Source: Anthoceros angustus
Taxonomy: Eukaryota; Plantae; Anthocerotophyta
DNA length: 64,000 nt
Direction of reading: 5' to 3'
Assembly (NCBI GenBank): GCA_010909165.1
Contig: VJWM01000223.1
Location: 186,001 to 250,000, forward strand
Under the pieces are notes generated by a model. That model did no database searches, was not told where the DNA came from, and saw only the letters and a program-made list of their open reading frames with translations. Positions within the stretch are counted from its first letter, which is position 1. Each line of letters starts with the position of its first letter. The position numbers and the translations under genes were made by a program. Below, in pieces: positions 22,530-35,900 of the stretch.

Positions 22530-25500
22530 ATGAGGTTTTTGGCCTGGACGCCACTGCTTTCCGGCAGGGCTCGCCGCTGCATTGTGAGTTCGACTCCTCC
22601 TTTGCGGCCTCTGCTGGTGCCCTCCCTGCTCGTGTCAGGAGCAGATGCGGCAGCAGGCTGACGACACGTGGGATGACTAAGGTCTGTTTCGCAGGCCCAC
22701 CGATGGTTGGGAGCACAAGCCCTGAGGAATGGCACCGTCCGCCTGGCTTCCACGTCCTCGAATACGACGGTAGAGTCATCAGCTGATGTTTTCAGATTTG
22801 TGAACTTAGAAGGGTAAAACATTCTTTGAGCAGGCCGTTTGCCTCTCTTCAGGATTTACGAGCAAGACTGGTGGAGTTGATTCCCAAGGAACAGGTGATA
22901 CACACTTGTGGTTGGTACCGTAGGCACACGTGTGTGCACGTCTCTCGTATTCGTCAACAGACTGTGATTCTGCCTTTGCTGCTGCTGGTGGTGCTTATGG
23001 GCAGGAGAGACTGAAGAAACTGAAATCCCAGCATGGGAAGGTCTCCCTGGGCGAAACTACGGTGGATATGGTTGAGTACCTTGCTTCAGTCCCTCCACCC
23101 TCAGGACAAAGTTAAATAAGTTGTTTACTGAAATTGCATCATCCAAGGATCACATGGCAGGGTGCTTATCTGCTCTTGGTATTAAACGGGTCTTGTGTTT
23201 GTGTCTGCGTGGGGGCAGGCCATTGGTGGAATGCGTGGAATAAAAGGTATGCTGTGGGAGACGTCATTGCTTGATGCTGATGAGGTAAAAGATAGCTTTT
23301 GTAGGGATGTGGATGTTATCTGTGGTTTAAGTAATGAAGCATTTATGCTTGCACAAATTTTCTAGCTCCTGGACCTGTGATCGGTTTGGTGATGATGATA
23401 ATGATGAGGTTCTGATGTGCTATGTTGCTCTGCAAAAGGGTATTCGATTCAGGGGTCTCTCCATCCCCGAGTGCCAGAGTAAATTACCAGCTGCGACTAA
23501 AGGAGGCGAACCGTTGCCAGAGGGCCTCTTTTGGCTGCTTGTTACTGGAGAAGTAAGACCCTGCTCTGGCTTACTTTTACCGAAGTTTAACTTAGGAACG
23601 CTCCAAGGTTGCAATGTTTTAGAGGTTTATAATCCTTTGCAGGTCCCCAATGTGAAGCAGGTGCAAGCCTTGACCAAGGAATTCAAATCTCGTGCAAAGG
23701 TCCCTGGTACTTAGTAATTGTCAAGTGAATTCTGCTCATAGCTCCACATGGCTGAACACTGGTTCTATTGAATGAATGGCGGGCTAGAGGTTGCTACATT
23801 TGGCTTGTTGGACACTTTTAGGTCATGTTTTCGATGTCATCAAAGCACTCCCAAAATCTGCTCATCCAATGACTCAACTCACAGCTGGAATCATGGCCCT
23901 TCAGGTGAACCTGTGACCTTTCATAGCGATTGTTTCTGTTTGTGGCAATTTTGTCTTTGGCTGTTTATGTTACTTGGCACAAAGATTTGACGATGCACAA
24001 CTTTCGTATGCATGTGCTTGGTTGGAAGACGGAGAGCAAGTTCCACAAAGCTTATACCTCTGGCATCCACAAGAGCAAGTAAGACAGGGCTGGTAATGTG
24101 CTATTTCAGCTGCTTGCCCGCTCTGCGTGCTCCTTAGATTCTGTTATAATGGACGTTTCGCTATTTTCTCTTAGGTGTCTGGTCCTATGTTCTCAGATAC
24201 TGGGAGACAACGTATGAAGACTCTATGAACCTCATTGCACGCTTGCCAGAAGTTGCAGCTTACATCTACCGCAGGTGCTTCCATCACCTATGTTTTGGTT
24301 TTGTTTCAGGATGTGTAGTACTTCCTCAACCTGATGCTACCACCACGTTCTGTTATTGCTTTTAGCTTGCAGTCAAGGGCCAATCTTTCCATGTGAGAAC
24401 TGCTGTGCAGAACTTACAAAGGAGGAAAAGTCATTCCCGCTGACCCAAAGTTAGACTACGGGGCCAATTTCGCACACATGCTTGGTTACACGGATCCCAA
24501 AATGCACGAGTTGATGAGACTTTACCTGACGATTCACAGGTTTTCCACTTACGAGCATGTATCGTGCCTCCCCATTGTACCGTCATTCTCTTCAAATGAC
24601 CGTAGTAGTCAGCCATGGGCATGAAGTTTGTTACGATGCCTTGCCTGTTATTTGACACGTCGTGATATAATAGCCATTCTTCTTCATGTCCAGCGATCAT
24701 GAAGGCGGTAATGTGAGTGCGCACACTGTGAGGCTGGTATGTGTGCAATCGTCCCTTCTACACCCTGCAGTGTTAATGCTGTCATGAGAAGCAGTACAGG
24801 CATGTAGCTATTTCGGGCGCCAACTGTGACAGGTAGGAAGCGCTTTGTCAGATCCCTACCTCTCCGTTGCAGCTGGGATGAATGGGCTAGCAGGCCCCTT
24901 GCATGGGCTTGCCAACCAGGTGCTTTTGTTTGTCCTCGTACCACTCATCTGTCCTGACTTCGCTAATGTTTGGGCAGATACTAACATCGCCCATCCATCT
25001 TTTTCCTTCTGAGCAGGAAGTACTCCGCTGGATTTTGGATGTGGTTGGCGAGGTCGGTGCACAAGTAACCGAGGACCAACTGAAAGACTTCGTCTCGAAA
25101 ACCTTAAAATCTGGAAAGGTAAGGGAGCATCTTACGGTGGGCTACTGACCCCAGTCTTCCGACCTGGCTCGCTGTTTGGGAGGAAACTGACGTCCTGTCC
25201 ACTTCCCTGCATGTCTGGTAGGTTATCCCCGGATATGGACATGCTGTGCTGAGGAAAACAGATCCCAGATATACTTGTCAACGTGAGTTTGGCCTGAAAC
25301 ATCTGCCAAAGGACCCTTTGTTCCAGTTGGTATGACCTGCAACCCAGCTTGCTTGACGACGTTTATATAGACTCTGGAACGAGAGAAATGTATCCTTCGT
25401 GTCTAAATGCTTTTGTAATCAGGTATCGAAATTGTATAAAGTGGTTCCACCGATATTGCTCCAGCTCGGAAAGGTAATTTGAGAGCACTCACAAAAACAT

Positions 25501-26146
25501 GTATTCTTCTTGACGGGAATTCTGATTCTCATCCCGACACAATGTTTCCAGGTGAAAAACCCATGGCCGAATGTGGATGCGCACAGTGGTGTCTTGCTTC
25601 AATACTTCGGAATGAAAGAAGAAAAGTACGTGATTCCTTGCGAGCTCCCGGTGCTGCCATGCATGCTGATGACCTTGAATGTGTCCTGCGTATCTGTTTG
25701 TAATAGGTACTTTCGCATTTTTGGATGCTGGTATTTGTGTGTAACGTGAATGTGGCACCTTGCATCTTGTAGCTACTACACCGTCCTATTTGGAGTTTCT
25801 CGCACTATTGGCGTACTTTCACAGGTGATCTATACTAAGAGGTTGTTTAGCTTAACAGTAAACCAAAGAAAATAGGATTGTACCATTGTACAGCTTTCAT
25901 TTGCGAATATGATCATTGAATTTGCTGGTGCTTTTTATTAAAAACAATTTAAGTAATAAGTTATGAATAATATTAAATTATTGTTATTATTTTTATTAAT
26001 AAATACTTGATAATATGGTGATTCAGCTAATATGGGACCGCGCCTTGGGGCTTCCTATTGAGAGACCTAAAAGTATGACTATTGACTGGCTTGAGAAGTA
26101 TGCTAAAAAGGCTAAACCTAAGCCAACCAAAGCTAAAAAGAAGTGA
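22530..26146 (+). CDS. CSY: Mitochondrial citrate synthase (multi-exon)
   Basis: Presequence-like [18 protein letters not shown], then [81 protein letters not shown]. Stop at 26144-26146. Confidence 0.95.
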
Positions 26147-26245
26147 AACAAGAGATGTGTCACTCACTACAACAGCTTGAATAGTTTTGATTGTTGGTAA
26201 GTAGCTTCCCAGGTCTAATTACCGATCTTGAAGCACTTGAAGACG

Positions 26246-28689
26246 GTTGTTATGTTTCAAGTATCTTATGTTACAATATGCAGGTGTAATCAAGAATGAG
26301 TATATACACAAGTATACTAACTTAGGTTATGTACTACGAGCTAGATGGACTCATAAATATGAGCATGTACAGAAGTGGAAGAGGATAGGCTTTCTATTTT
26401 ATTGTCTATACCCTTAAAGTGACATCTGATGAAATATCTAACTAATACAAGTTTCTTAATAGAATACTTTTTAACTTATGCGATCCATATTTTGATTCAA
26501 AAATATTATATATGTTCTCTAAACATGATTAATTTTATGAAAAAAAAATACAGGTCTAGCTCGTCTTTTTTCTCTTTGTTACTTAGGTATTCGAAAAGTT
26601 TCCTTCAGTTTCTATACTTTAATGAGGCTATTAAAAATATCTTATTTCCAAGGTCTGAATTTTTGAGATCCTTGGGTTTGGCTTGTTAGTCTTAGCATAT
26701 GTAACCCTTGAAGCCTAAGTAGTTTTTGCAGCCCAATCGGTTAACACTAAAAACCCTTGCAACCATTATTACAATTTTTCGGGAAGAACCAGATTGGAGC
26801 ATAATCTCTCGTCTTCGGCTTCAACCTAGCACTACATATGTTATTCAAGCCTCTGGCTGCAAAAACAGCACATACCTAACGGGCTCCTAGAATTTGTGAC
26901 AAAAATAGGGCAAAAAGAAACTAACATGCTTAAACAGCAAACTCAAGCACAAACTTGAAGTGTTATGCTATTACAATTCGCGTTCAGAGAATAAGTGTAA
27001 CGACTACTTGTCTTCTCATCAATTGAATGCATGCTCTTTGTGGTCGATTTTCAACAAGCAAGCCTCGGCATTTTCACCAAGCAGCATATGACGCACATCA
27101 AACTTTGTGTTTGATTCAACAACATGTGAAGACTGTGTAATATTTTACTCGTTCAACCTTAAAAAGCCAAGTTAACCCTGGGCTAGTGCTCGCCAAAACA
27201 AAAGCAAAAAAATAATATTTTTTACCCGCTCATTCTTAAAAAGCTCAGTTAACCCTGATTAGCTCCCCGCGGATGAGGGGCGCGCTAGTTTCCCTTTCAA
27301 GAGACTGTAAAGCGCGACATCTTCGTTTAATTCAGTTCAGTCATCTAGGTAGGAGTTCAGTGACAAAGTTGTTACGTTTACTTACTTACAATATAGGCTA
27401 TGATTTGCTAAAAGTTGGCCTCTACTTTGTTCAAAGCTGTTATGTAGAGGTTGCCGGCGAGATTTAGTCTCATTTGTAGCCCATCAAGTTGTTATGTTTC
27501 AAGTATCTTATGTTACAATATGCGGTGTAATCAAGAATGAGTATATACACAAGTATACTAACTTAGGTTATGTACTACGAGCTAGATGGACTCATAAATA
27601 TGAGCATGTCAGTGGAAGAGGATAGGCTTTCTATTTTATTGTCTATACCCTTAAAGTGACATCGATGAAATATCTAACTAATACAAGTTTCTTAATAGAA
27701 TACTTTTTAACTTATCGATCCATATTTTGATTCAAAAATATTATATATGTTCTCTAAACATGATTAATTTTATGAAAAAAATACAGGTCTAGCTCGTCTT
27801 TTTTCTCTTTGTTACTTAGGTATTGAAAAGTTTCCTTGATTTCTATACTTTAATGAGGCTATTAAAATATCTTATTTCCAAGGTCCTGAATTTTGAGATC
27901 CTTGGGTTTGGCTTATTAGTCTTAGCATATGTAACCCTTGAAGCCTAAGTAGTTTTGCAGCCCAATCGGTTAACACTAAAACCCTTGCAACCATTATTAC
28001 AATTTTTCGGAAGAACCAGTTGGAGCATAATCTCTCTCTTGCTTCAACCTAGCACTACATATGTTATTCAAGCCTCGCTGCAAAAAGCACATACCTAACG
28101 GGCTCCTAGAATTTGTGACAAAAATAGGGCAAAAAGAAACTAACATGCTTAAACAAACTCAAGCACAAACTTGAAGTGTTATGCTATTACAATTCGCGTT
28201 CGAGAATAAATTATACTACTTGTCTTCTCATCAATTGAATGCATGCTCTTTGTGGTCGATTTTCAACAAGCAAGCCTCGGCATTTTCACCAAGCAGCATA
28301 TGACGCACATCAAACTTTGTGTTTGATTCAACAACATGTGAAGACTGTGTAATATTTTACTCGTTCAACCTTAAAAAGCCAAGTTAACCACAGGCTAGTG
28401 CTGCAAAACAAAAGCAAAAAATAATATTTTTACCGCTCATTCTTAAAAGCTCGATTAACCACGATTAGCTCCCATGGATGAGGCGCTAGTTTTCAAGAGC
28501 TGTAAGCGCGACATCTTCGTTTAATTCAGTTCAGTCATCTAGGTAGGAGTTCAGTGACAAAGTTGTTACGTTTACTTACTTACAATATAGGCTATGATTT
28601 GCTAAAAGTTGGCCTCTACTTTGTTCAAAGCTGTTATGTAGAGGTTGCCGGCGAGATTTAGTCTCATTTGTAGCCCATCAAGTTGTTAT
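26246..28689. repeat. About 1.2-kb tandem duplication (1242 bp + 1194 bp)
   Basis: gttgttatgtttcaag starts at 26246 and 27488, and gttgttat recurs at 28682. The second copy differs mostly by small deletions. Confidence 0.92.
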
Positions 28690-31600
28690 CAGCGTTTACC
28701 CACTCCCCAAAGTGGCGGTTAGGGCCGCAAGGATTGCTACTTAAGGTAGCAAGTACGGGCCTAGCCACCTATCTCTATTACAAGACTGATGCATTCAAGG
28801 ACATCCCAAGCTAAATAGAAATAATGCGATTGGAGAAAATAGTGAGGGGAATGAATGAAATCATTAATAAACCGAATTAGGCAAAATTAAAAGAAAGGAG
28901 GTAACTAAACATAAGATTTCATATGAATAGGAATAGTCTTTGACATACGCAATTATTTAAAATGATTTTTCATTTTTTATGTAATAATACGAATATGATT
29001 TTGTTGGCAAGAAAGAAACTAAAAGCTTGAAAATCATGTGCGTATGGTTGATATCAGGAAAATATATATTTCAAAATCAAAAATAACTTCTGCCGAATGG
29101 CACTTACCCAGGACGGATATCCCAATAGGTGGCAAGTATCAAATCATCTAAGGAAGATTTCACCGAGAATATGGAACAAGGATCGAGAACTTCTCTTGGT
29201 TGGGTGAGAGGCATACAACCCTCGGGATGGGACACACCTGAGGTGAAGGACCTTCGCACGCCACCCGACGAGCTATGGGGGTGCAAGAAGGAGCAAGGAA
29301 ATGAGAAGAAGCAGAATCAGCACACACTACCCATGCGCCCTCATCATCGTAACTCGATGCATGTTCATTCCGATTTTTGTGCGTGCTCACTTTGGTCTTC
29401 TGTATCATATGTGTGCTTGCATCATTGCTAGTTTGATTATCTTGGTATAGTGCACCCAGGAATTTGGAAACGACTTCGTTGTCCATTATATTTTTTCCAT
29501 CCTCCTCGAGCTGTTGAATGCATCTATACATCATCTGCATCGCTCCTCTCTATAACGCTTAAACTTTGATGAGTGAGCGGATCTTGTCCGTGCTCTTGGT
29601 TGGAACTCATTCTCCAAAATAGTAAAAGAATGTTGTTACAGAATCGGCAACAACGGAAGTGGACAGCATAAGTGACACTCCTACCGTAGCTGCTGCAAAC
29701 TCTAAATTTGTTAAAGTCATTGAGGTGGGCTCATTGGATCTGTCCATGTTGTTGTTGTACGAGCCTTCACTATTGATGCCAAGTAGCAGATTGGGTGTTA
29801 GGTTTACGGTTTAAGGTGTTGGCTATAGCAGCAACAAATGCTCGATATGATGCTACCACCATAGGCAACTCATATACCTATTGAATTCTAAAGACATCAA
29901 ATGCTCAAATGCACACTACATTGTAAAAGAATTTTAAGTAAGATACTTTTAGATTAAATCTTACAAGAATACAACAGAAGTCACTCTTGAAAAAGAATTA
30001 GTAAAGGAGCGAGAAGAATTTCATCAGTACCAGAAAAAGTTTAGAAGACAAGTTTTAGAATATCGAAAATAAGAACTACTCGTTGAACAAAACGTTGAAA
30101 GGATAATGGAAGAGCAAAAAGTAATGAATCTTTCTTCGAGGTCCAATTTACGGAGCAAGGGAAAAAGCCATGTAGATAACCTAATTGTATGTTCTCTAGC
30201 TGGGCCGAAATAATACTATTAGACACATCGACAACAAAAGTAAGTTTCTCAATGCGCTGCATTAAAGAAGGTTAAAACATGCAAAGGATTGTGAATAAGA
30301 TCAGCATCTACCAACCTCTAAATCTGATACAATGTAGCCAATTTCAACTACATAATAAAATTGAGTCCATACTTGAGTCGCATCTATGAGACAATGTTTC
30401 CTTATAAACCTTGAAGCCTCTAACCATCAAGGCTCCAGGATGTCCATTGAACTTCGGAATCCTTAAATAGGAGGACTCTTCCTCCATTATCAAAATCTTT
30501 GGTATCCCGTAAGGTGAGAGATAGATAGATAGATTATTTTATTATGAGAGCGGATGTTAAGTCTATCAGTATCCAACACTTATCTAACTTTAGAGAGAAG
30601 GGTGGCCCCTAAGGGTAGTGGTGCTATCGTTGTTAAGAACAGTCTTGATAGCAATAAGCATGCTAGGAAAGAGCTTTTGACAAATACGCGTTTAGAGAGT
30701 TGGCTGATATTTAACAATGATCCCTCTTCTTATCAACCAAATACATCTTTAGTTTGGCTCTATGTGGATTAAGCTCAGCAAGTCAAGCAACATGTGAAGC
30801 ATGTCATCCAAGCTAGGAATTCATCGACAAAGTTGTCGCAATTTCTTGCTTACATCGAAGCCTAAGATTTACTACAAGCAGCTTCTAGCTTGTTTAAAGC
30901 GGTTATTCAAAGGTTGCCGTGGCTATTGTATTTACTCCCATCTATATAGCCCCCAAAGTTGTCGCAAGTGTTGAGAAACTTCCCATAGCAGCCGTTAGCA
31001 CTGCAAGGATTGCCAAGTAAGGCAATAAGTACAACGTGGTAAGCTATATCTATCACAAGATTGATGCATACATGGACAACCCTAGTACATGACATGAACA
31101 ATTATATAATCACCACGACAATTAACAAATCCAGCATGAGGATTGAATGAGTTCATGAGTGACAACTATGTCATGAGATGGAAGGTGCAGAAATGAAGTA
31201 AGTACCACCTAAACATATATTGTACTTGAAAGCATAAAATAAAGAAATAAAAATGGAGTTTTTAAGACCCAGACCAGTATGTATAAGTAACATTTATTTT
31301 CTAAGTACTAAAAGTTCTATAACTAAACAAAGATCTTCCAAAGCGATTTATTATCCATTTCCTACCACCCTCAAGGTATATGTATGTACTACACGAAAGC
31401 TAGTTAGAAAACAAATGTACACTCATAAAGTCATTGTCCATCGGATTTACATGATTCATAACCAAATACCACTCGGAAATAGATGGTTGTGAAATGCTCT
31501 CGTGTTTGGATTGTGTACGCATGGGTCAGTATACTACACAAGACACGTTCAAGCTTTCATAAGAGAAAATGATGAGTACACTCAAAGGAGAGGCTCATGC

Positions 31601-32873
31601 TAGGACGAAGGCTCATACTTCGAAGACTTAATTGGGTGGGCGCTCATCTGCAATTCTAAGCAACGATGAACAAGATTTATCAGCCTCAGCGGGGTTGCAA
31701 ATTTGTGCTCAGCAATGCTCCTTATTGTTTTGCTGGGGCTGATGATATCTGCATATCAGGGAAACTGGACAATAGTGATTTCTGAATAGTAGACAGCTAT
31801 TAGAACATATGTGCAATCAAGGCATGGCAGCAATCGGCAGCAGGCTGTTAGCCAGCAAGCAAAACAACAGTAAACGAGGCAGGCAACCAAAACACCATCA
31901 AACAACTGTGAGATTGTACACCTGGAGCCAGGTTGCTGTACATGGCTTATTCGTTTCATTATCAGTCCCCATTCTAATACTGTGGGGCACAATTCCATAG
32001 ATTACATTTTGCAGGGTGCCAAGGAACACTTCCATTCAGAGCCCTCCGCTTCATATATGCTGCCTCTTTTCCTCGGAGGCACCCTTCCCCATGTAGCCTA
32101 CTCAGCCACGCAGAAAATGTCTCCCTTACACAAATTCAGGTTTCCGCTTAGGGAAGTTTGCTTCTTTTTCCCCAAATCGGATTCCAGGCTCCGGCAAGGA
32201 GCAGGCGGCGAAATACTCTGACCATTGAAAAATGGACCAACCAACCAGAGCGGACATGGAAGACTCGGACCATCTTTCGGCAGCTTCGACGGCGAGGCTG
32301 TAAAACGTATCTAAATACCAACTGCAATGGTGTAGGCGGAAGTGAAGCGAACACGGAGGAATCGCTGGGAGAAACCAAAAAAATTAAAATGGTGAAAAAT
32401 ATGAACTTGGGTGGCCGTGAAGTATGTGAAGGTAGCGGCTAGCGGGGCCGGCCAGCTTATTACGCTAGGCTAGGCTTGGCTAGGCCAGGCTCGGCTAGGC
32501 TAGGCCAGCAGGGGAGAAGCAGTAGCGCTTCTTGGGATGAAGAGCAGGAGAAGGCGAGGCTCGCTTGGTGGCACGCATCACAGCTCTATCTCCACAGCCA
32601 CGGCCGCCTCTGTGTCGCCGACGTCCTCGCCGTTGGTGGCTGTGGACTAGGAGGTTGGAGTCACTTCATCCTCCTCCTCCACATCCTCCTCCATCTTTAT
32701 TCCTCTTCCTCCCTTCCTCCTTCCCTTCCCGCTCCTCTACTTGTCCCCGCTGTCTCGTGACGCTACGCCACTCCTGAGTTTCTGCTGTGCTGCATTGGCC
32801 CCTCTGCTAGAGTGAGATACCCAGGAACATCTTGAAATTCAGGCTGGAATTCTCTCAGAGGATGGGGCAAGTA

Positions 32874-32881
32874 AAACCCTA
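32874..32881 (+). promoter_or_regulatory. Telo-box (AAACCCTA)
   Basis: Exact motif 64 bp upstream of the ATG at 32945. Function not shown. Confidence 0.5.
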
Positions 32882-32944
32882 GCGCACCCTCCCCTCCCCC
32901 GTCCTCCTCTCCCGTCCCGTGCCGTCCCGTCCTGAGCGCACGCT

Positions 32945-35900
32945 ATGGACACGGTTGTGTCGCTGGGACACGGGGCTGCCATCTCCATCCAGGGGCAGCC
33001 TAGCAGAAAGGAATGGAGAGCTGTAACCGAGAACTCGGGACGGGACAGATTGGTTGCAGATAATCACAGCAGCCAGGCCAAAATCGGCACAGCTCCTCGG
33101 TTACGCACTAACCCTGGCGCCTCCCGCCGAAGCAGTAGAAACGGTAGACTGTTCAATTCTGGTGGCAGCGGCCATTCCAGTGACTCAGACCATCAACCAG
33201 ATGACGCTGGAGCCGCTCACTTGATGGCGGCTGCAGTTCCCCCGCAGGAATTGATTCCTCACAGCATGGGAGGGAATGAAGCCGTTCTTTATGAAAAGGT
33301 AGGCTATCGTATCGTGCCACCGGACCCTCTTTGCCGTAGCCAGGGGTGATGACAAGAAACCAGACTTCTGCCACTGCTGTCATCTGCTTGTCCTGTGGAT
33401 TTGGCGCTCATGTGCTCACTCCTGGCAGACGTAGATTAACACAAAACTTGTGACAGAACAGAATATTAAAACTTGCTCATAAGGTGGTCTGTTGCACTTC
33501 ATTTCACAGCTGACATTCTTGTAGCAAAGCTGTCTGTTTGCTCAGGCTTCAGCCCAATCTGCTGCAATGCGCTTACCATCCTTTCTATTTTTGTGCCTGA
33601 GCAGTATCTCGGCTTTTGCTTGTTCAGATGCAGCTGGTTCAGCAGCAAAATGACCAATTCCGTCCTTCATTAAGCATGGCAATGGATTCAGCAGCAGACA
33701 GTCAGGGTGATGCTTTGGACAAACATATTCTGGAGGTATCCCGACAGAGAGAACAGCTCCAATCTGCAGAAGTGGAGCTGCGGGCAAGGAAGATTGCACG
33801 TGCTGAGATTGTACGCATGCAGGCTGATTTTGACGAGAGATCCAAGCAGCATTCGGATTTTGTTGCAGATCTGCAGGTGGATGTCCTCCGTGTTCTGGAA
33901 TTTGGCAAGTTTTTGCACTTAGGGATGTCATGAGTAGGTCTCTCTTCCACCATGGGAAATCCCTGGGATGCTTATCAGGCAATGCGCAGGACCAACTCCA
34001 CAATCGGGATGAACAAATCCATCAATTAGAGCAACAGCTGGAAGAGAGAGAGAGACAACTGCGTGCCAATCAAATGGAAGCTAACGAAGCAGTGAGTCAG
34101 GTTGCACTCCAACTAGTGTTCCTCTTAGCAAGTGACAAGTGTTCTCAGGTTTGAGTGTTCATGCTCTTGTTCCTTCCATTGGCACTCAGGTCTGGGCAAA
34201 AGACGGTCTTCTACAACAGCAGACAAATGAGTTGACCTCAATACGGTATAGTTTTTGCTTTGCTCAGACTGTGTCTTCAGTTGAATGAGATTCAGTCCTT
34301 CCACTCAATTCAAATTGTGGTGGTCAAGTTTTCCCATTGTGCTTTGCTTGTCCATCCTTTGGTGCCGAGCTGCAAATAGGTAGCCTCACACGTGCATTTG
34401 GTTGATATGGCAGTCGAGAGCGTGACAATGCGGTGGCTGAGCACAAAGCTGTGGCTCAACAATTTGATGAAGAAAGGGCAGACCTTGTATCTCAACTTGA
34501 GGAGTTGAAGGAGCAGCTTCGACAGAAGGAACGTCATAGCCGGGAGGTTGAAGAGCAGGTTCTCCTTGAACTCACATCTTGTTGTCATTCTAGTTTAGGT
34601 TGGAGGGATGAGAGTTGGTTTGGTCAAGGACCATCGCAAAACCTCTTGAAATACTTTGCAATGATCGTTGCAGCATCAAAATGCACAGGAGGTTTTGGCT
34701 TATAAGGATGAACAGCTCAGAGAAGCACAGGCATGGATACGTCAAGCTCAAGACCTGGAGGCGTATCACGTAAATGCCAATGGTACTCTGCTTGCAGAGC
34801 TTAGAGATCGAACTGATCAACTCAACAACCTGTGGCTAATAAATCAGCGGCAGGTGGGCTCTATCAAGCACTTTTGGCTACAAAAGATACCAATCCCTTT
34901 GGTAGAATGGTTGTACAGGGTAGATAAGAGTATGATGTAAGATGTATGCATTATTGTTCTGACTAACATGGCGTCTCTGATGTACTCAGCTGGCGGATGC
35001 CGAAAGGTATCACACTCAAACAATCCAGAAGTTGCAACTGGAGATTTCTGAAGCCAGAGAGCAGAATCGGGTTCTGAAGGGCTCTAGTGTCTCTGACCAG
35101 ACTGATACAGAAGGTAGTAGATCAGGAGAAGGAGACAGCAGAGCCCGGGCTCATTCTGATGCTACTATGGATGGAGGTGGAAAAAACAGCAAGGGTCTAG
35201 GTTCTAGGGGCAAGTCAAGCAGTCATCACAGTGGATCTGTGGAGGGGGTTCAGAATGTTTTGGAGGCATTACCAAAGGTAAAGACCAAGTTATTGCTTGG
35301 CTCCTGCTGTGCCATGACGTGCTTCCGAAGTTTTGCATATGACTGTGTCAATACCAGACAAGAACTTCTTTACATCCCTGCCGAGTGCTTTTTCCTGTAG
35401 CCACTGGCTGCAGTAGTTAGGCATAAGTACAGCTACAGTCGTAATTTCTGATTTTGCATTGTTGTTGTCCTCGCTTTCCACTATGGGATCCTCCAAGCAA
35501 GGCACCTGACCACAATTAACTCTTCTCCTTAATGCCCGTGTCCAGGTTGAAATTCCAGCAGGACAGGCTCTTCCTGCAGCCCAGATATTAAGTATCAACC
35601 CAGGTTTTCCTCCATCAGGTCCTGTGGCAATGCATCAATTTGGCATTCATCAGCAAGCTGTTGCCCCAACTTTGCAACCCTCTCCTCTACAGATTACTCC
35701 AGTCATTGGACAATTGCAGCCTATTCCGGTTGTGTTGCCTCCTAAGCAGCCTCTTACGCCAGCTCACCAGCAGCAGGTATGGACAGCTATGGATCTTCAT
35801 GCATCCATGCACTAACCATATTCGGTCTAGCTGGAGTTGAAGACGGTATGTATGTGGCAGGTAATTCTGACTCAGCATCACCAGCCACAGCAGCAGCCAG

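Noticed and set aside
22456-22533. MVFMRV... as the citrate synthase start
   Set aside because: Resembles the angiosperm N-terminus but needs a weaker donor. The ATG at 22530 has a strong gtgagt donor and a presequence-like exon. Remains a possible alternative start.
28700-31500. Degenerate gag-like and RTE-like coding remnants
   Set aside because: Probably old TE debris, but the motifs are too eroded to assign.
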